NCBI GenBank assembly: GCA_050117475.1
Contig: JASFMR010000004.1
Coordinates: 274 to 64,273 of the forward strand
Length of the DNA stretch: 64,000 nucleotides
Reading direction: 5' to 3'
Source of the DNA: Balneolaceae bacterium
Lineage (GTDB): Bacteria > Bacteroidota > Rhodothermia > Balneolales > Balneolaceae
Shown: positions 29,801 through 39,352 of the stretch, piece after piece
How the letters are laid out: every line of letters starts with the position of its first letter
Position numbering within the stretch: position 1 is the stretch's first letter
The notes under the pieces: generated by a model
What the model was told of the DNA's origin: nothing
The model's database searches: none
Seen by the model: only the letters and a program-made list of their open reading frames with translations
Program-made: the position numbers and the translations under genes

Positions 29801-32465
29801 AAGCTTGGTGCGGCAAGAACAGGAAACTGGTAACCGATTGCAACGTATTGGTCTTAAGATCAGCTCGCAGTTTTTCAAAATAAAGTTTCCATCCTACCCT
29901 TTTAGGTCTCCGGAAAACGTCGGTAGAGAAACTGGAATAAATCGGGAATGCGACAACACCGAAAACGGCAAGCGTCCAAACGATTGCAGAACCCGGCAAT
30001 AAGATCCAGCCAAATAGCAAGAAAAGGAGAATGCCTACCGGATTCAAGGACCTACGCAGGTTGTCAAATATTTTCCAGCGGGATATTACGTTAATCGGAT
30101 TCGATTTTTTTTGTCCATCCGGGCCGGTAACTTTGCCCCATAGCCAGGATAAAATTTGCCAATCCCCCCTGATCCACCGGTGTTGACGCTTAGAGTAACT
30201 AAGGTAGGTTGTCGGATAGTCATCAAATAATTCAATATCAGTGAGCAATGCCGATCGCAAGTATGTGCTTTCCAGCAAATCGTGTGATAATATTGCGTTC
30301 TCCGGAAAACGATCGCCAATAACCTCATCAAAGATGTGCACATCATAGATCCCTTTACCGGTATAAACTCCTTCCCCGAACAAGTCCTGGTATACATCTG
30401 AGACCGCTGTTGTATAGGGATCCAGCCCTACGTTGCCGGAGAACACCCGGGCAAATAACGTTTTGTTGGCAGATTTAGGCGGAATCGATATACGAGGCTG
30501 AAATATGCCATACCCGCGTTTTACAAAATGGTTGGATTCATCTAACTCGGGCCGGTTTAAGGGGTGTGCTGCGGCACCGATAAGAGTCTTTGCACTGCCC
30601 GGAGGCAATTTGGTATCGGCATCGAGTGTAATTACGAAATTTATGGAATGCACCCGGATCGAATTTAAAAACTGATCATTAAGTGTAATGAAGCTGTTCT
30701 CAGCTGATGGGTTAATCAAAAGCCGATTGAATTCTTCAATTTTACCGCGTTTGCGTTCCCAACCCATCCAGGCCTCTTCTCCCGGATTCCAAAGACGTTT
30801 GCGGTGAAACAGTAAAAACTTATCTCCATAATTGCTATGATACCGGTTATTCAAAAGGTTAACCTGGTTTTGCGCTTCCTGCAAAATCGACTCATCTGAA
30901 TCCATATGCTCACTGGAGGCATCATGAAAATCGGAAAGAAGTGCAAATTGTAAAGAGTCATTTGCATTGGCCAAGGCTCGTATTTCAAGTTGTTCAAACT
31001 GTTGCTCCACATCCTCACTCGAATTAAAAAGCGTCGGTACCACCACGATAGTACGGTATTCATCGGGGATCTCATTCTCGAACTCCAGTTTTGGAAGTAT
31101 ACGAGGGGGTACAAGAAATGATATAATCCGGTTTGAGGAAACAATGGATAAATCAAGAGCCGGCAAGATAGCAGCCAGTATCGTCAGGACAATAAACCAA
31201 GTTTCCTGGAAAAAGAGATTGGTAAATAAACCGGCAATAACGAGCAAAGTCGCCAAGTGCAAAATGATAATAGAAAAATATGTCCCTGGATGTTTTTCTG
31301 CTTTTTGCATCAGCCATTCATCCAGAGGCATTTTATAACCGAGTTTTTTAGCCAGCTCATGGTACCCCTCATCAATTAAATAATAGCCGATATGCATCTT
31401 CTTACCGGTTTGGACGGTACCATTTTGGGCTGCACTCTCTGCCATCATCAGGGCCTGTTCAGCGACTTCCTGCTCACTGTATCTCGAGTGAGAACTTAAC
31501 TTTTCAACACGCTTGCGGTATGTATCACGCGTATTGAAATCCATATGAGCATACTTATCAGCGGGATCAAAACGAAGGATGCGTTCCACGACTGAACAAG
31601 TTTCCACAAAGTCTGACCAATCCGTTTCGGAAACATCCCGCAGTGATGAGATGGCATTTTGTATACTCAGGTGTAGCCGTGATGTCTGCTGAGCCCGATC
31701 CCTCAGCTGCTCTTCGAGAGTGGTATCCCACCTGGAAAATTTATAATCGAACCATCGACGCTCAGTCTCCGTAAGCATGCCTTTCACCTGTAGACGCTGG
31801 GCCAGTATGATAAGAAAACGAGTAGTATCATGCTGTTGATCCACAATCTCGGAAAGCTTTCTGAGCAAATACCCCGGTTCCTCAGTCTCCGCACTGATTT
31901 TTTCTTTAAGTATTTTATCTATCTCATCTTGAATCTGTCGATCATAAAGCAGCTTTTCCGCACGTTCTGAAAGGCGGACAATCAATGCCAGCCTATTCAT
32001 CAATGGAACCGACCACATCTCAGCCAGGTTTAATGTGTCAATCTCCTGGTAAGCTTTAATAGCCGTAATCGTATTATCCTGGTCAATAATATTATCGCTG
32101 ATGGCGGCCAGCATCTGTACAATTTCGTAAGTCCGGGGATAGCCTCGGTACTCACCCTGCGTAAGCCGGGGTAATTTTTTATAATAATCTTCGGGAAGAT
32201 CTTCTTTTAGCTGAACGATCTGTTCCTGTATGATATAAAAGTTATCAATGATCCATTCAGCGGCAGAACTTAATTCGCGGTTTTGCTTGGCAGCCCGTGC
32301 CAAGACCCGGTATGCCTCGGTAAGTATAGATTTGGAATCTGATAAAACCGCATCAATAGATTGCAACGGTTTTTGCTCCAAAGTAGCTTGCTGTAAATGG
32401 GCAAGCTGTCTGATCTCCTCTTGTAAATATTGTTTATTATAATGTACTTGTGTTCCTGTCGGCAT
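23826..32465 (-). CDS. ndvB: Cyclic beta-1,2-glucan synthase (Cgs/NdvB/ChvB-type; GT84 + GH94 domains)
   Basis: 2879 aa; GWERKRGK, ITLDADT, ILSHDLLE, RWIRGDWQ, RTSPTNIG, YDLLASEAR, MAHHQGM; C-terminal GH94 GAFGFRDQLQD, GDWNDGM, ENGGQYTH. Confidence 0.9.
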   Translation of the reverse strand: MPTGTQVHYNKQYLQEEIRQLAHLQQATLEQKPLQSIDAVLSDSKSILTEAYRVLARAAKQNRELSSAAEWIIDNFYIIQEQIVQLKEDLPEDYYKKLPRLTQGEYRGYPRTYEIVQMLAAISDNIIDQDNTITAIKAYQEIDTLNLAEMWSVPLMNRLALIVRLSERAEKLLYDRQIQDEIDKILKEKISAETEEPGYLLRKLSEIVDQQHDTTRFLIILAQRLQVKGMLTETERRWFDYKFSRWDTTLEEQLRDRAQQTSRLHLSIQNAISSLRDVSETDWSDFVETCSVVERILRFDPADKYAHMDFNTRDTYRKRVEKLSSHSRYSEQEVAEQALMMAESAAQNGTVQTGKKMHIGYYLIDEGYHELAKKLGYKMPLDEWLMQKAEKHPGTYFSIIILHLATLLVIAGLFTNLFFQETWFIVLTILAAILPALDLSIVSSNRIISFLVPPRILPKLEFENEIPDEYRTIVVVPTLFNSSEDVEQQFEQLEIRALANANDSLQFALLSDFHDASSEHMDSDESILQEAQNQVNLLNNRYHSNYGDKFLLFHRKRLWNPGEEAWMGWERKRGKIEEFNRLLINPSAENSFITLNDQFLNSIRVHSINFVITLDADTKLPPGSAKTLIGAAAHPLNRPELDESNHFVKRGYGIFQPRISIPPKSANKTLFARVFSGNVGLDPYTTAVSDVYQDLFGEGVYTGKGIYDVHIFDEVIGDRFPENAILSHDLLESTYLRSALLTDIELFDDYPTTYLSYSKRQHRWIRGDWQILSWLWGKVTGPDGQKKSNPINVISRWKIFDNLRRSLNPVGILLFLLFGWILLPGSAIVWTLAVFGVVAFPIYSSFSTDVFRRPKRVGWKLYFEKLRADLKTNTLQSVTSFLFLPHQAYISLDAIFRTLYRMFFSHKKLLEWTTATQVEQQISTSLWNYWISMWANIFWAGLSLFLVAVYDDPVLFIAIPVCIGWVVTPYVAYYLEKEPDKNGKELKPKDLSELKGYARRTWHFFEQYMNEEHSWLPPDNVQEDPYIGPVGRTSPTNIGLALVSIPTAYEMGYITLTDMIERLENTLNAMLMLDRYRGHFYNWYSTRLGAILSPNYVSTVDSGNLAASLLVVQRFLQQIGQKRWLNPVFWDGLDQTVFVLEELVKELDDLGGYKKLHELLTQKLENVKDVLPKEAPEDISDWQNALNKLHPKAKELGEINLSILQDEFEDLKYGEWKDWFNRPCIQIDNQLQEIRDYLSKNGQTTEPSGTSDVEINFLRAIKPMESKLRKVENLASICRTMVEEMDFKLVYNSERELFSIGFNVEHAMQDKGTYDLLASEARLASFIAIAKGDVPPEHWFRLSRRLTSIEKNEILLSWGGTIFEYLMPLLFMSRYDKTLLSHTYEQVVKWQKDYGNLRRRPWGFSESGYNILSLELHYQYRAFGAPGLGLRRGLAEDYVVAPYAGMLAMMIQPVDALKNLRKLKEEGAFGPNGFYEAVDYTPGRLNNNGNDKRAIVKMYMAHHQGMSLLALANVLRDNFIQHLFHSHPLVQACELLLQERIPRGIPIKEPRPIDVELEPAEEKKVELSVDHAGIDGLNATPPRTHILSNGRYSTVLTHTGTGYSYYNDTMLTRWRSDVVQDPYGKFFYVRDLESGEYWSIGHQPVKRQADRYDSWYHAGKVQYARVDEWIESFMEVCVSPEDDIELRKITLTNYSDRVRKIELTSFAEVALNDFEADRAHTAFSNLFVQTEYIKEHHAVLAKRRPRGKDEESQWLVHTIASEDIEDIQNALQIETERSNFIGRNRSLESPAAMDPGAQLSGMVGNVRDPILSIRRIVTLEPGQKKNITFGLGWEKTRDEAISMADRYDNPYATDRVFELASIYGSVELEHLGLSGERAHYFQNLSGYLLFNCERFRADVGTLQKNRKLQSDLWTHGISGDVPILVYHIEDTEFIKEVALLLKAHAFWRHKGLRVDIVFMNDHPPSYVDELQEAIMQQVQISSEHHRYQDKGRVFLLRSDQLSAEDRTLIDTVARVVLKGKLPKLDQITLREVEAWQQERMYDPINLFESHEVDIPDDSDLMFYNGYGGFNHTGTEYVIRIGRNSDDKMKLSHTPAPWINVISNPQFGFITSESGSDFTWSRNSRENKLTPWSNDAVTDPPGEVIYIRDEDQQLFWSPTPGPVPGSHFHEVRHGFGYSIWRSKTLNIEQEITKWVDKDDPIKIIRLRLVNTDLMPKTLSVFRYLDWVLGIFREDSTRYLTTAFDEENQTIFARNYFNNEFAGRIGFTGIFTNAEMESESYTADRAEFIGRNRNMKNPLALGYATDLEQRFGVGFEACAAIKATAKLDSGGSADFFFYMGETTNEEEARKIISKYRDSGTIRDSFEKVKKFWTNKLGRIKVQSPVPELNFMANGWLQYQNIACRMWARSGFYQASGAFGFRDQLQDAAAACYLDPDLSRSQILLHAGHQFLEGDVLHWWHPPTDRGIRSRISDDLLWLPYVTAFYINHTGDEDILDENIRFLKARQLQDDEHEAYLIPEVSSESATLYEHCCRAIDRSLTSGIHGLPLIGSGDWNDGMNNIGTGGKGESVWLGFFLYDILGKMIPVCKKRNDDARVEKYQAYRKNLKTHLNKEGWDGQWYRRAFYDDGTPIGSSENMECRIDGIAQAWSVISGVATPDKAKKALSSADELLVSETDGIIRLLTPAFDKTEQNPGYIKGYIPGVRENGGQYTHAALWLVKAFAEKGNRERAVQLIKMLLPVNHALEKADAEHYLVEPYAVAADIYGENPLTGVGGWTWYTGSAGWMYRVIIESVLGLNIQKNNMLQISPLIYKEWKRYSMAVRELDGKTEYYVEVLNPQKRSEGTLSATLDGKEIVVKKGTVKMMMERDGKSHKIKIIVGSH

Positions 32466-32561
32466 ATCTCCTGTCCAATTTTGAAACCAACCGGACAGAA
32501 ATAGATTTATTCAAGATAAATCTGATCTAATATTTCCGCCGATTTTAAAATTCAGATGTCC

Positions 32562-32888
32562 TTAACGGATATCGATGATGTTTTTTTCTCCACTCTTTTG
32601 CGTTATTTGCATACCCGTTACCCAGCCGTTTTCCACTTCCTCTACATATATCTCTTCGGGATGTGATATCAGGTGCTCCATCTTGTCAATTTGAATCTCC
32701 AGCAAGTCACTCTTGGGATCATAGGTTATGCCTTTTAACGGGGTCCAACTCATCTCGGTCTGTGCCCCTAAAGTTTCAGACAGAATCTGAATTTCGATAT
32801 ACTCTGGCTGTTCATCTTTTAAAAACTTCATAGAAAAGCTGTCGAAGTATTGCTTCCACTCTTTTTTGTCAATTTTTTTAGTTGCCAT
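32562..32888 (-). CDS. DUF5335 family protein
   Basis: Pattern W..YFD.FS...GAQ.E..W.PL.GITYDPK.D.LEI......HLI..P.EIYV, recognised from memory. Confidence 0.75.
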   Translation of the reverse strand: MATKKIDKKEWKQYFDSFSMKFLKDEQPEYIEIQILSETLGAQTEMSWTPLKGITYDPKSDLLEIQIDKMEHLISHPEEIYVEEVENGWVTGMQITQKSGEKNIIDIR

Positions 32889-32959
32889 ATTACGCCCTCT
32901 GCGATTTTAAAGGTAGATTTTACAATCCAATATTTGAAAAAACTGCTCATGTTTACCTA

Positions 32960-32973
32960 CGGGAGATATCCCA
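32960..32973. promoter_or_regulatory. Candidate response-regulator box CGGGAGATATCCCA
   Basis: Core GGGAGATATCCC is nearly identical to GGGAGATGTCCC upstream of hsp20; about 75 bp upstream of the DUF5335 gene. Confidence 0.55.
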
Positions 32974-33099
32974 CTCTGATGACGGGTAATACACTACAAA
33001 TCTGTAGATGAGTCACCCATTAGAATTTTTCTGTCCAACTATCGGATCATTTGATTCCTTATTATAACAGTTAGCCTCTGAATCATACTCCTATTATCA

Positions 33100-35697
33100 T
33101 CAGCTTTTTTGTAAAAGTATTTTGTGCGTCAGAATCTTAATGGCATCGTTGACGAAAAACCATGCTAAAGAATATCCCCAGATAAACAAGGCATATAACC
33201 AGCCGATAGGTGTAACCAGTAATCCGTAAACGGCAATAATGGTCCCAAGGATCTCTGTCCCGAAAGTAGCCCCAAATAACAATGGAGACGGAAATGGACG
33301 CTTCCAAAACCAACTTTCCGATCGCGTGATATAAACGGTACTGTGGCCAGCTATGATTAATTTCAGAAACAGGAATGTTTGAATGACACCTTCCGAAAAT
33401 CCCATTTCCCTGAGGATAAAAAAGAGTAAAAAAGAAGCTATCAACCCTGCTACACCCAAAATGCTAGATATCGTTAACAAATCATTCATCTGCCAGCGAA
33501 CCGGTTTCTCATGTACTTTAGTATTATCGTAGGCAATAGCCAAAATTGGGATATCATTGAGAAGAGCCAACAGAATAATCATCAAGGCGGTGATTGGATA
33601 AAAATTAAAAACAATGATTGACAGGGTCATGAACAGGATAATCCGAATCGTTTCCGCAATACGAAATGTTGCATAACTCCTCATTCGGGCAAAAGTGATT
33701 CGGGCCTGCTTAATAGCCTCATTTATGACGGATAGGCCAGGAGCAGTTAGGATGATATCTGCCGCCGACCGGGCGGCATCCGTGGCATTGGATACCGCGA
33801 AGCCGCAATCTGCTTTTTTAAGTGCGGGAGCATCATTCACGCCATCGCCGGTCATACCAACGATATGCCCTCCTTTTTGCAGAGTATCCACAATACGGTA
33901 TTTATCTTCCGGAACTACCTCTGCATAAATATCAACTTCCTCAATCATCTCAATAATTGCCGACTCGTGGGTATGGATGAACTCACGTTCCAATAGACGT
34001 GTATCATAAAGTGACCTAACATCCTCCATTACCTTAGATGCAAAACTCCGGGCCTCTTTAAGAGAGACCTCGCCTCTCAATCTCTTATATATCGCCGCTG
34101 ATAGCGTTTCGACTAATTTTAGCAGCTCATTGGAAGCAGCACCTGACAATTGGGCGGATCTGATGGTGCGTTGCTCCAATCCAAGCATATTCCCAATTTC
34201 TTTGGCAATAGCCAGGTTATCACCGGTCACCATCTTAACTTTTACACCCATTTGTTGCATCTCCTCAATTACCTCTCTTGAATCCTCGCGAGGGGGATCA
34301 TAGAGTGGAATCAACCCAACCAATTGTAATGGCCCTTCACGTTCTTTTCTACCCACAGCCAGCGTCCGGTATCCTTTAGAAGCCAGCTGATCCACCCTCT
34401 CATTGAAACTATTTGACTGTCCTTCCTCTAGTTCTGCCATCTTCTCGAGTACCTGTGCCGCCCCTTTCAAGGCCCAAAAGCGTTCACCGTCTCTTTCCAC
34501 CTCGGCCTCCGTATGCTTTCCAACCGGGTCAAATGGTTTAAAGCTGACCTGCTTATAGTTTTTCCATCGTACATTCGGGAGATTTTCCTGAAGATAGTTA
34601 AAGATAGGCTGCTCGATGGGATCGTTATTTTCCTCGCGTGAGGCCAATGCTGCATAAAGAAATAAATCTTCTTCCCTAAATCCGTTCAACAATACGGGCT
34701 CAGCCACACGCATCTCATTTTTTGTCAATGTCCCGGTTTTGTCGCAACAAAAGATATCGGCTCCAGCAAGCTCTTCAATAGCCGTTAATTGTGAGACAAT
34801 GGCTTTCTTACGTGCCAATTTCATTGCCCCCACCGCCATTGTTACCGATAATACGGCCGGAAGAGCAACGGGGATAGCAGCCACCGAAAGAACCAGTGCA
34901 AAACGACTGATCTCCAGAAATGGTTCATGCCTGAACAAAGCAATCATAATGATAAGAATCACCAATGCTATGGTTACCAATATCAGAAAATTTCCTATTC
35001 TGATTACCATTTCCTGGAAATGACTTCGCTTTTCCCGCTGGGCTTCGGCTACAAGTTCTACGACTGTTGAGAAGTTTGTATTCATGCCGGTATTAACCAC
35101 TACCGCCAGCATCTCACCCTGTTTGATAACGGTATTACCATACGCTACCTCTCCTTTTTTCTTATTGACCGGCATAGATTCGCCCGTTAATACGGCTTGA
35201 TCCACTAATAAATAGTCGCCATCCAACAATACCACATCGGCAGGAATAATATTTCCAATACGAATCTTGATAATATCCCCCGGCACCAATTCACGTACCG
35301 GGACCTGCGAAAACTGTCCTGATCGCAATACTGTCACATTTTTTGCCAGCCTTTGCTTCAACGCCTGGAGTGCATCCAGGGCGCGACCTTCCTGAAAAAA
35401 ATCCAAGCCCGCATTGACAACCAGCATTACCAGGATGATGAAAAAGTCGTCCCATTTCTCCACTACGGCCGATAGGATGGCAGCCACTTCAATCATCCAG
35501 GGGATTGGCCCCCAGAATCTGCGCAACAGACGATGCCACAAAGCTTCTTCTTTCTCTTCTATCTCGTTAAAACCAAACTGTTCACGTCTCTTTTCAACTT
35601 CTTGTTCTGAAAGGCCTTTATTGCGCTCAACCTCTAATTGGGTCAAAGTCTCATTAACCGGGCTCCCTTTATATTCATCCGTTTGTTTAGTATCCAT
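33100..35697 (-). CDS. Plasma-membrane-type H+-exporting P-type ATPase (P3A)
   Basis: FWGPIPWMIEVAA, VAAIPVALP, DKTGT, KGA, M5 IAETIR (Arg) and M6 ALLND (Asp), AIAYD. Confidence 0.9.
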   Translation of the reverse strand: MDTKQTDEYKGSPVNETLTQLEVERNKGLSEQEVEKRREQFGFNEIEEKEEALWHRLLRRFWGPIPWMIEVAAILSAVVEKWDDFFIILVMLVVNAGLDFFQEGRALDALQALKQRLAKNVTVLRSGQFSQVPVRELVPGDIIKIRIGNIIPADVVLLDGDYLLVDQAVLTGESMPVNKKKGEVAYGNTVIKQGEMLAVVVNTGMNTNFSTVVELVAEAQREKRSHFQEMVIRIGNFLILVTIALVILIIMIALFRHEPFLEISRFALVLSVAAIPVALPAVLSVTMAVGAMKLARKKAIVSQLTAIEELAGADIFCCDKTGTLTKNEMRVAEPVLLNGFREEDLFLYAALASREENNDPIEQPIFNYLQENLPNVRWKNYKQVSFKPFDPVGKHTEAEVERDGERFWALKGAAQVLEKMAELEEGQSNSFNERVDQLASKGYRTLAVGRKEREGPLQLVGLIPLYDPPREDSREVIEEMQQMGVKVKMVTGDNLAIAKEIGNMLGLEQRTIRSAQLSGAASNELLKLVETLSAAIYKRLRGEVSLKEARSFASKVMEDVRSLYDTRLLEREFIHTHESAIIEMIEEVDIYAEVVPEDKYRIVDTLQKGGHIVGMTGDGVNDAPALKKADCGFAVSNATDAARSAADIILTAPGLSVINEAIKQARITFARMRSYATFRIAETIRIILFMTLSIIVFNFYPITALMIILLALLNDIPILAIAYDNTKVHEKPVRWQMNDLLTISSILGVAGLIASFLLFFILREMGFSEGVIQTFLFLKLIIAGHSTVYITRSESWFWKRPFPSPLLFGATFGTEILGTIIAVYGLLVTPIGWLYALFIWGYSLAWFFVNDAIKILTHKILLQKS

Positions 35698-35818
35698 GCT
35701 TTTTACCTATTGCGTATCAATCAAAATATAAACCAGGCTAAAATTACCTCCGCAATGCTTAATTGCAGCCACTTACAGATTTCCAGAAATAAACTGTAGG
35801 ATACCACCATAAGTCACC

Positions 35819-36916
35819 CTATTCCTCTTCTCCCGCATTTCCGGAATCTCCCTCCCTCTCTTGGTTGTTATTTTTAGCACTCCCCAACATTAATCCATAA
35901 GGCTTTAATGGCTCTAGGGTATCAAAAATGGCCTTGATCACTCCAATCATAGGTAAAAAAAGCACCATTCCCGATATTCCCCAAATGCTTGAACCTGCAA
36001 AAATGGCAATCAAGGCTGCCAGGGGATTCACCTTCACCCTGGTCCCGACCAAAAACGGAGTGATGAAATTATTTTCCAAAAACTGGATAAACCATAAGGA
36101 AACCAAAAGGGACAACGGGTAAAATAAGGAAGACGTAGTTGCCAAGGCATATAAAAAAACAACCAACGAGCTAATTATTACGCCGATGTAGGGAACCAAG
36201 TTGAATATGGCAAGCAATACCGCAAAGAAAAATGCATAACGGATCCCCAAGATAATTAGCACAATATAAAATAATGCACCAATGATTACGGTAACAAGCA
36301 GCATTCCAGATAAGTATTGCTGGACAATGCTGTTTATTTCTCCCAAAAGAGATGATGCCTGTTTTTGATATTTTTGTTCAATACGAAGGAATGCATCAAA
36401 AAATAAATCCCGATAATAGAGCATGAAATAAACATACAAGGGAATAACGGTAATTAATGTTATCGCCTGGAAAATGGTAAAGAGTGCATTTCTTATCTGT
36501 AAAAGAGAGGCGTTGATCATGCCTGAGATAGAAGTGGCAATCTGTCGTGAAAACATTTCATGCGTCACCCCCCACCGGGTCTCTGTATATTTTTGCAAAT
36601 ATTCTCCCCACTGATCCAGTCTCCGGGTTAATGACGGGACATCTTCCAGGATTCCCACCACCTGAACGGAGAGCAGATAGAATATAAATCCAAGCAAAAA
36701 TATTGCTAAAATTAAAACCATGATGATAGCTACCGGGCGAGGCACTTTCTTTTGTTCAAACCACTGAACCACGGGTAGTATTAACAGGGCTATCAATAGC
36801 GACCATGCCAATGGGAGTAGTATTGCCTGGGCCATCACCAAAGAATAGATCGTGAGCACTGCAATCAATAAAACCGCAGCAAAACCGGTGATATTTGTAT
36901 AATCGGTGCGTATCAT
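35819..36916 (-). CDS. AI-2E (PerM) family transporter
   Basis: Multi-TM; FNLVPYIG, IQFLENNFITP, WGISGMVLFLP; ATGA overlap with atpG. Confidence 0.9.
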   Translation of the reverse strand: MIRTDYTNITGFAAVLLIAVLTIYSLVMAQAILLPLAWSLLIALLILPVVQWFEQKKVPRPVAIIMVLILAIFLLGFIFYLLSVQVVGILEDVPSLTRRLDQWGEYLQKYTETRWGVTHEMFSRQIATSISGMINASLLQIRNALFTIFQAITLITVIPLYVYFMLYYRDLFFDAFLRIEQKYQKQASSLLGEINSIVQQYLSGMLLVTVIIGALFYIVLIILGIRYAFFFAVLLAIFNLVPYIGVIISSLVVFLYALATTSSLFYPLSLLVSLWFIQFLENNFITPFLVGTRVKVNPLAALIAIFAGSSIWGISGMVLFLPMIGVIKAIFDTLEPLKPYGLMLGSAKNNNQEREGDSGNAGEEE

Positions 36917-37815
36917 TTTATGCCCTCATCCTTTCTCAATACTTCATAGCTCCCTATAATATCCAGGATTTCTTCCGTGATATTAATCTGGCGCTGGCTG
37001 TGGTATCTTTTTTTGAGGTCGACCAGTTTCTCTTCAATTTTCTTTTCAGCTACCTGCATCGCCGCCAACCGGCTATTATTTTCCGCAGAGAGGGATTCGG
37101 AAAATGCTTTATATATCGAAACAAAAAGCAATTGTTTTATAAGTGCCGGGAAAAGCCTTTCTACGGCCATGGTATATTTTGGCAGGGTGTGACTATCCCA
37201 CGTCTTATTGGCCAACGTGCTCAGCCAATTGGTATCGACTGGAAGAAGCTGTTGCTGAAACGGAGAATACTGTGAATTGGATATCGGATGGTTGTAAAAT
37301 AAATAAATCCGTTGAAACCCCTCATCAGAATACCACTGCTGAATATTCACAACCAGCGACTGTACGGTTTCATTAATAGCCTCTATTGTACTTGGTACCT
37401 CAAATTGATGGTTGACCTTCCATCCAATGCGTTCCAGACCCGGCATAATGCGATTGCCAATTGCAACAACTTTTTCGGGATCACGCAAGTAGTCTTCGTA
37501 CCAATGGTTTTTTACATAGTTTGTCAATACCTCATTAAAACTCCCACACATCGGCTGGCCAGAACCAAACACCAAGACTACCCTTTTTATTGGATCCTTT
37601 GTCTTGGGAGGCTGCAAGAGTGCACTCACATTCGGCTGTCTTTTTAACATAATGCGGAGCCCCTGTTCTATGGTTTCGAAATAGCCTGTTATCGATTCCA
37701 CTGCATCCTCGTACTGACTAATACTGACTGCCGCCAGTACTTTCATTGTTTTAACTATCGAATGTAAGTCTTTGGCAGACTTTAATTTACGTTCAACAAC
37801 ATCAATCCTCTGCAT
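36913..37815 (-). CDS. atpG: N-ATPase gamma subunit
   Basis: [41 protein letters not shown]. Confidence 0.93.
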   Translation of the reverse strand: MQRIDVVERKLKSAKDLHSIVKTMKVLAAVSISQYEDAVESITGYFETIEQGLRIMLKRQPNVSALLQPPKTKDPIKRVVLVFGSGQPMCGSFNEVLTNYVKNHWYEDYLRDPEKVVAIGNRIMPGLERIGWKVNHQFEVPSTIEAINETVQSLVVNIQQWYSDEGFQRIYLFYNHPISNSQYSPFQQQLLPVDTNWLSTLANKTWDSHTLPKYTMAVERLFPALIKQLLFVSIYKAFSESLSAENNSRLAAMQVAEKKIEEKLVDLKKRYHSQRQINITEEILDIIGSYEVLRKDEGIK

Positions 37816-39343
37816 AATCCTTAACGTTTGTCGGCTCGAGTGCTTGTTTAATGATCTCAGTCATTCGATCCCGTTCGGCCTCTGTTAATGCATCACCGTG
37901 TTCAATTTTTTTGGCGACATCTCTGAGCTCTTTTTTAGTTAATTCGGAAATAACTTTTTTTGCTATGGGTATGCGGCTAATCTCAATATCATCCATGAAT
38001 CCGTTAGTTACCGCAACTAACTCCAGAATCTGCTGTGTAACGGAATGCGGATTAAATTGCTTCTGTTTTAGCATCTCTCTGATCCGTCGCCCTCGTTCAA
38101 TAATTTTCTTGGTTTCCACATCCAATCGAGCACCAAAACGAACAAAGGCTTCCAATTCCTGGAACTGGGTATAGGAAAGGCGCAAATCCTTGGTGACATA
38201 CCTGTAATAGGGAAGCTGTGCAGCCCCTCCCACCCGTGATACAGATATTCCCACATCAACAGCGGGTAAAATATCTTTTTGGAATAGATCCGGTGACAGA
38301 TAAACCTGGCCATCAGTAATTGAAATCAGATTGGTAGGAATAAATGCGGCAATATTTTGGCCTTCGGTCTCAATAATTGGTAAGGCAGTTAGAGAACCAC
38401 CCCCAAACTCCGGCTTAAGGTGTGTAGCTCGTTCCAGCAGCCGGGCGTGAATGTAAAAAATATCCCCGGGATAAGCTTCCCGCCCTGGAGGACGGCGCAT
38501 AAGTAAAGCCAGTTCCCGGTAAGCTCGTGCATGCCAGGTAAGATCATCATAAACTATAAGAACATCGCGCCCCTGTTCCATAAAATATTCCCCAATGCTT
38601 GTGGCGGCATAGGGCGCAATGAATTGAATTCCGGCGGGAGTATTTCCTGTGGCAGAAACAATTATGGTATGTTCCAAAGCTTCATATTGTCTCAGGTCGC
38701 TGACAATCTTTGACATTTCAGCATTCTCTTTCCCAATTCCGCAGTAGATACATATAACACCCGTATTGCGCTGATTAATAATCGTATCCAGTGCGATAGC
38801 CGTTTTTCCTGTTTGACGATCTCCAAAGATTAACTCACGCTGTCCCCGGCCAATTGGTATCAGGGCATCAATCGTTTTTATCCCCGTTTGCAGTGGGACT
38901 TCAACCGGGGCCCGTTGCATAATTGATGGAGCAGGCCGCTCGATGGGATAATGAATTTTACTATGAATTGCCCCTTTGTCATCGAGCGGACGTCCCAGCG
39001 GATCGATGATCCGCCCCAGCATAATTTCCCCCACCGGAACATCCAGGACTCTTCCCGAACGTGACGCTTCATCCCCGGCCTTGATCTTTTTTGAATCGTC
39101 GAGCAAGATTACCCCCACTGATTCTGGATCCAGGTTATAAGCCATACCCGCTATATTATTCGGAAAATAAACCAGCTCTTCTGCCCCAACTTTTGGCAAC
39201 CCATCAACAATAGCAATCCCTTCGCCTACCGATAACACCGTTCCAGTCTCTGCCATGTGCAAATGGTCTTTCCGGGTCGAAACAAGCCGGCCAAGGCCAT
39301 CCAGGGTATCGGGAATAACATGATATAAAATGGATTTTGACAT
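37802..39343 (-). CDS. atpA: N-ATPase alpha subunit
   Basis: [30 protein letters not shown]. Confidence 0.96.
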   Translation of the reverse strand: MSKSILYHVIPDTLDGLGRLVSTRKDHLHMAETGTVLSVGEGIAIVDGLPKVGAEELVYFPNNIAGMAYNLDPESVGVILLDDSKKIKAGDEASRSGRVLDVPVGEIMLGRIIDPLGRPLDDKGAIHSKIHYPIERPAPSIMQRAPVEVPLQTGIKTIDALIPIGRGQRELIFGDRQTGKTAIALDTIINQRNTGVICIYCGIGKENAEMSKIVSDLRQYEALEHTIIVSATGNTPAGIQFIAPYAATSIGEYFMEQGRDVLIVYDDLTWHARAYRELALLMRRPPGREAYPGDIFYIHARLLERATHLKPEFGGGSLTALPIIETEGQNIAAFIPTNLISITDGQVYLSPDLFQKDILPAVDVGISVSRVGGAAQLPYYRYVTKDLRLSYTQFQELEAFVRFGARLDVETKKIIERGRRIREMLKQKQFNPHSVTQQILELVAVTNGFMDDIEISRIPIAKKVISELTKKELRDVAKKIEHGDALTEAERDRMTEIIKQALEPTNVKDYAED

Positions 39344-39352
39344 AGTGCACCT

